A stretch of 64,000 nucleotides of DNA from Cyclobacteriaceae bacterium (GTDB taxonomy: Bacteria; Bacteroidota; Bacteroidia; Cytophagales; Cyclobacteriaceae), in the NCBI GenBank assembly GCA_039961455.1, contig JBDVJN010000097.1, forward strand, positions 1,049-65,048, read 5' to 3'. This document shows, one piece after another, positions 62,727-64,000 of this stretch. The notes under the pieces are model-generated. The model was not told where the DNA came from, ran no database searches, and saw only the letters and a program-made list of their open reading frames with translations. A program made the translations under genes and the position numbers. The first letter of the stretch is position 1. Every line of letters begins with the position of its first letter.

Positions 62727-63560
62727 ATGCGAAAACTCATTCCGTTTATCTTCTTACTAGTTACCTCAATCATATCGTGCAAGCAATCAGCTTCGCATCA
62801 ATCCTTCAACTACGGAACGGAAAATGATTCTGCCCTTTACTACTTCAACAAAGGTTGGGAGCAAATTTTGGACCTGGGTCAATGGTCGCTCTCAGAACAA
62901 TCATTTCGAAAAGCTGTCGCCTTTGACGATAATTTCATGATCGGGAAAAGTCTGGTAGGCAGAATCAGTGGGGATCTTGCAGAAAGACAAGACCTGTTTG
63001 AGGAAATCTGGCTGGGAAGAGATCAAGTTTCGGATGACGAAAGGTTATTGTTAAACATCTTCATCTCGAATATCAACATTATGAATTTGAGAGGCACAAG
63101 TAGCAGTGTGAGCACGGAGGTGCGAGAAAAACATACTTCGCTGGCGGAACGGAATTTTAGGAATTTCATTCATAAATATCCAGGTGAATCATACATGAAA
63201 GCCGAGTACATTGAAACGCTTCATGCATTATATGGCGCCGAACAAGCCCTCGACTCGTTAACCAAACTTGCTAGCCCAGAGCAGGCGACGCTACCGTTCT
63301 ACATTACCTATTCTGCTATTCTCCAAACAGAGCTTGGAGATTTTCGCGACGCATTAGCAAATGCCGAAAAAGTAAAAACTGTTTTCAATGATGCAAACAT
63401 TCCCCAGCAATACGTTCTCCTATCGGAGATCTACTATGCCATGGATAGTCTTGAGACCGCCAAGGTAAACATCGATCGAGCCGTCGAACTCGACCCTAAA
63501 CATCTCATCGCCCAAGGAATGAAAACTCGAATCGAACGTCAAATGTCAGTCAACGAATAG
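62727..63560 (+). CDS. lipoprotein with TPR-like helical repeats
   Basis: Lipobox SIISC and helical repeat texture. No specific family recognised. Confidence 0.5.
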   Translation: MRKLIPFIFLLVTSIISCKQSASHQSFNYGTENDSALYYFNKGWEQILDLGQWSLSEQSFRKAVAFDDNFMIGKSLVGRISGDLAERQDLFEEIWLGRDQVSDDERLLLNIFISNINIMNLRGTSSSVSTEVREKHTSLAERNFRNFIHKYPGESYMKAEYIETLHALYGAEQALDSLTKLASPEQATLPFYITYSAILQTELGDFRDALANAEKVKTVFNDANIPQQYVLLSEIYYAMDSLETAKVNIDRAVELDPKHLIAQGMKTRIERQMSVNE

Positions 63561-63577
63561 CTTGCCATTTCTAAGAA

Positions 63578-64000
63578 ATGTTAGAACAGTTAGATAGTTA
63601 TTTCAATCGATACGCTTCTTTTTCGGTAAGCGAAATTGAGTCCATTTTTGAAAGTCTTAAGATTGAGACCTACGATAAAAAGTCTTTTCTACTTGAAGCT
63701 AGTCAAACTTGTCACTACAAATTTTTCATTTTTAGTGGTTTGGTACGTACCTATTATCTGGAGGCAGGTTCGGAATTTGTCACGCAATTCGCCATAGAAA
63801 ATTGGTGGGTAACCAATATGGAAAGCTTCGTCCTTCAAGAACCCTCACTACTCAATATTCAGGCTCTGGAACCGTCAAAAATTGGCCTGTTACACCGAGA
63901 CAAGCTCGAACAACTCTACAAAACGTCTCCAAATCTTGAACGAGCTTTTAGGATGATGGCAGAAAACATGCTAATAGCAGTGCAAAGGAAAAGTGATTTC
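63578..64000 (+). CDS. Crp/Fnr-family regulator, cNMP-binding-domain part (runs off the right edge)
   Basis: Absent from the ORF track because there is no stop. ATG 63578, then 141 open codons: MLEQLDSYFNRY..KKSFLLEASQTCHYKFFIFSGLVRTYYLEAGSEFVTQFAIENWW.., the typical Bacteroidetes Crp-like pattern. Confidence 0.7.
   Translation, partial: MLEQLDSYFNRYASFSVSEIESIFESLKIETYDKKSFLLEASQTCHYKFFIFSGLVRTYYLEAGSEFVTQFAIENWWVTNMESFVLQEPSLLNIQALEPSKIGLLHRDKLEQLYKTSPNLERAFRMMAENMLIAVQRKSDF

Noticed and set aside
1-64000. Looked for a mobile element, prophage, defence island, toxin-antitoxin pair or biosynthetic cluster
   Set aside because: I saw no integrase, transposase, recombinase, terminal inverted repeats, tRNA-flanked boundary, restriction/Cas/Abi-like enzymes or core biosynthetic enzymes. 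The only trace is the decayed XRE-like fragment at 18110-18283.

Overview
This is a 64-kb chromosomal segment that looks like Bacteroidota, probably a Cytophagia- or Flavobacteriia-type genome. The evidence is a Bacteroidetes-style mraZ-rsmH-ftsL start of the dcw cluster, FecR/STN-type TonB systems, CarboxypepD_reg TonB receptors, DUF2911 proteins and polytopic AraC regulators. All family calls come from reading motifs by eye; no searches were run. I found no rRNA, tRNA, CRISPR array, integrase, transposase or recognisable defence gene.

The window is mostly housekeeping and envelope or regulatory genes:
- rsmH, mraZ, a photolyase operon, ssb, ppk1 and mdh
- a CoA-transferase flanked by two tandem-USP proteins
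- peptidase and amidohydrolase genes
- two TonB-dependent receptors, two ECF sigma modules and one LytS/LytTR pair

The most unusual content is five large MacB/FtsX-type permeases with no recognisable ATPase ORF in the window. Four carry an ~85-aa cytoplasmic N-terminal prefix domain and sit with PadR repressors. Two of these are ATGA-coupled, mirror-image PadR-permease pairs. The other two are tandem paralogues followed by a PadR. The one PadR-less copy lacks the prefix. A short word, CAAAAnCGAAA, recurs upstream of these units, and a 44-nt leader block is perfectly conserved between the two diverged tandem paralogues. I read this as a candidate membrane permease/PadR signalling module whose mechanism has not been described.

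Other notable items:
- a strictly phased 21-bp x 11 non-coding tandem array in a divergent promoter region
- DUF2911-TPR proteins paired twice with membrane-embedded regulators
- an SDR lacking its catalytic Tyr, translationally coupled into a photolyase operon
- MraZ-box-like repeats upstream of mraZ
- clustered GTGAAC(A/T)T motifs
- a two-terminator intergenic region that may encode an sRNA
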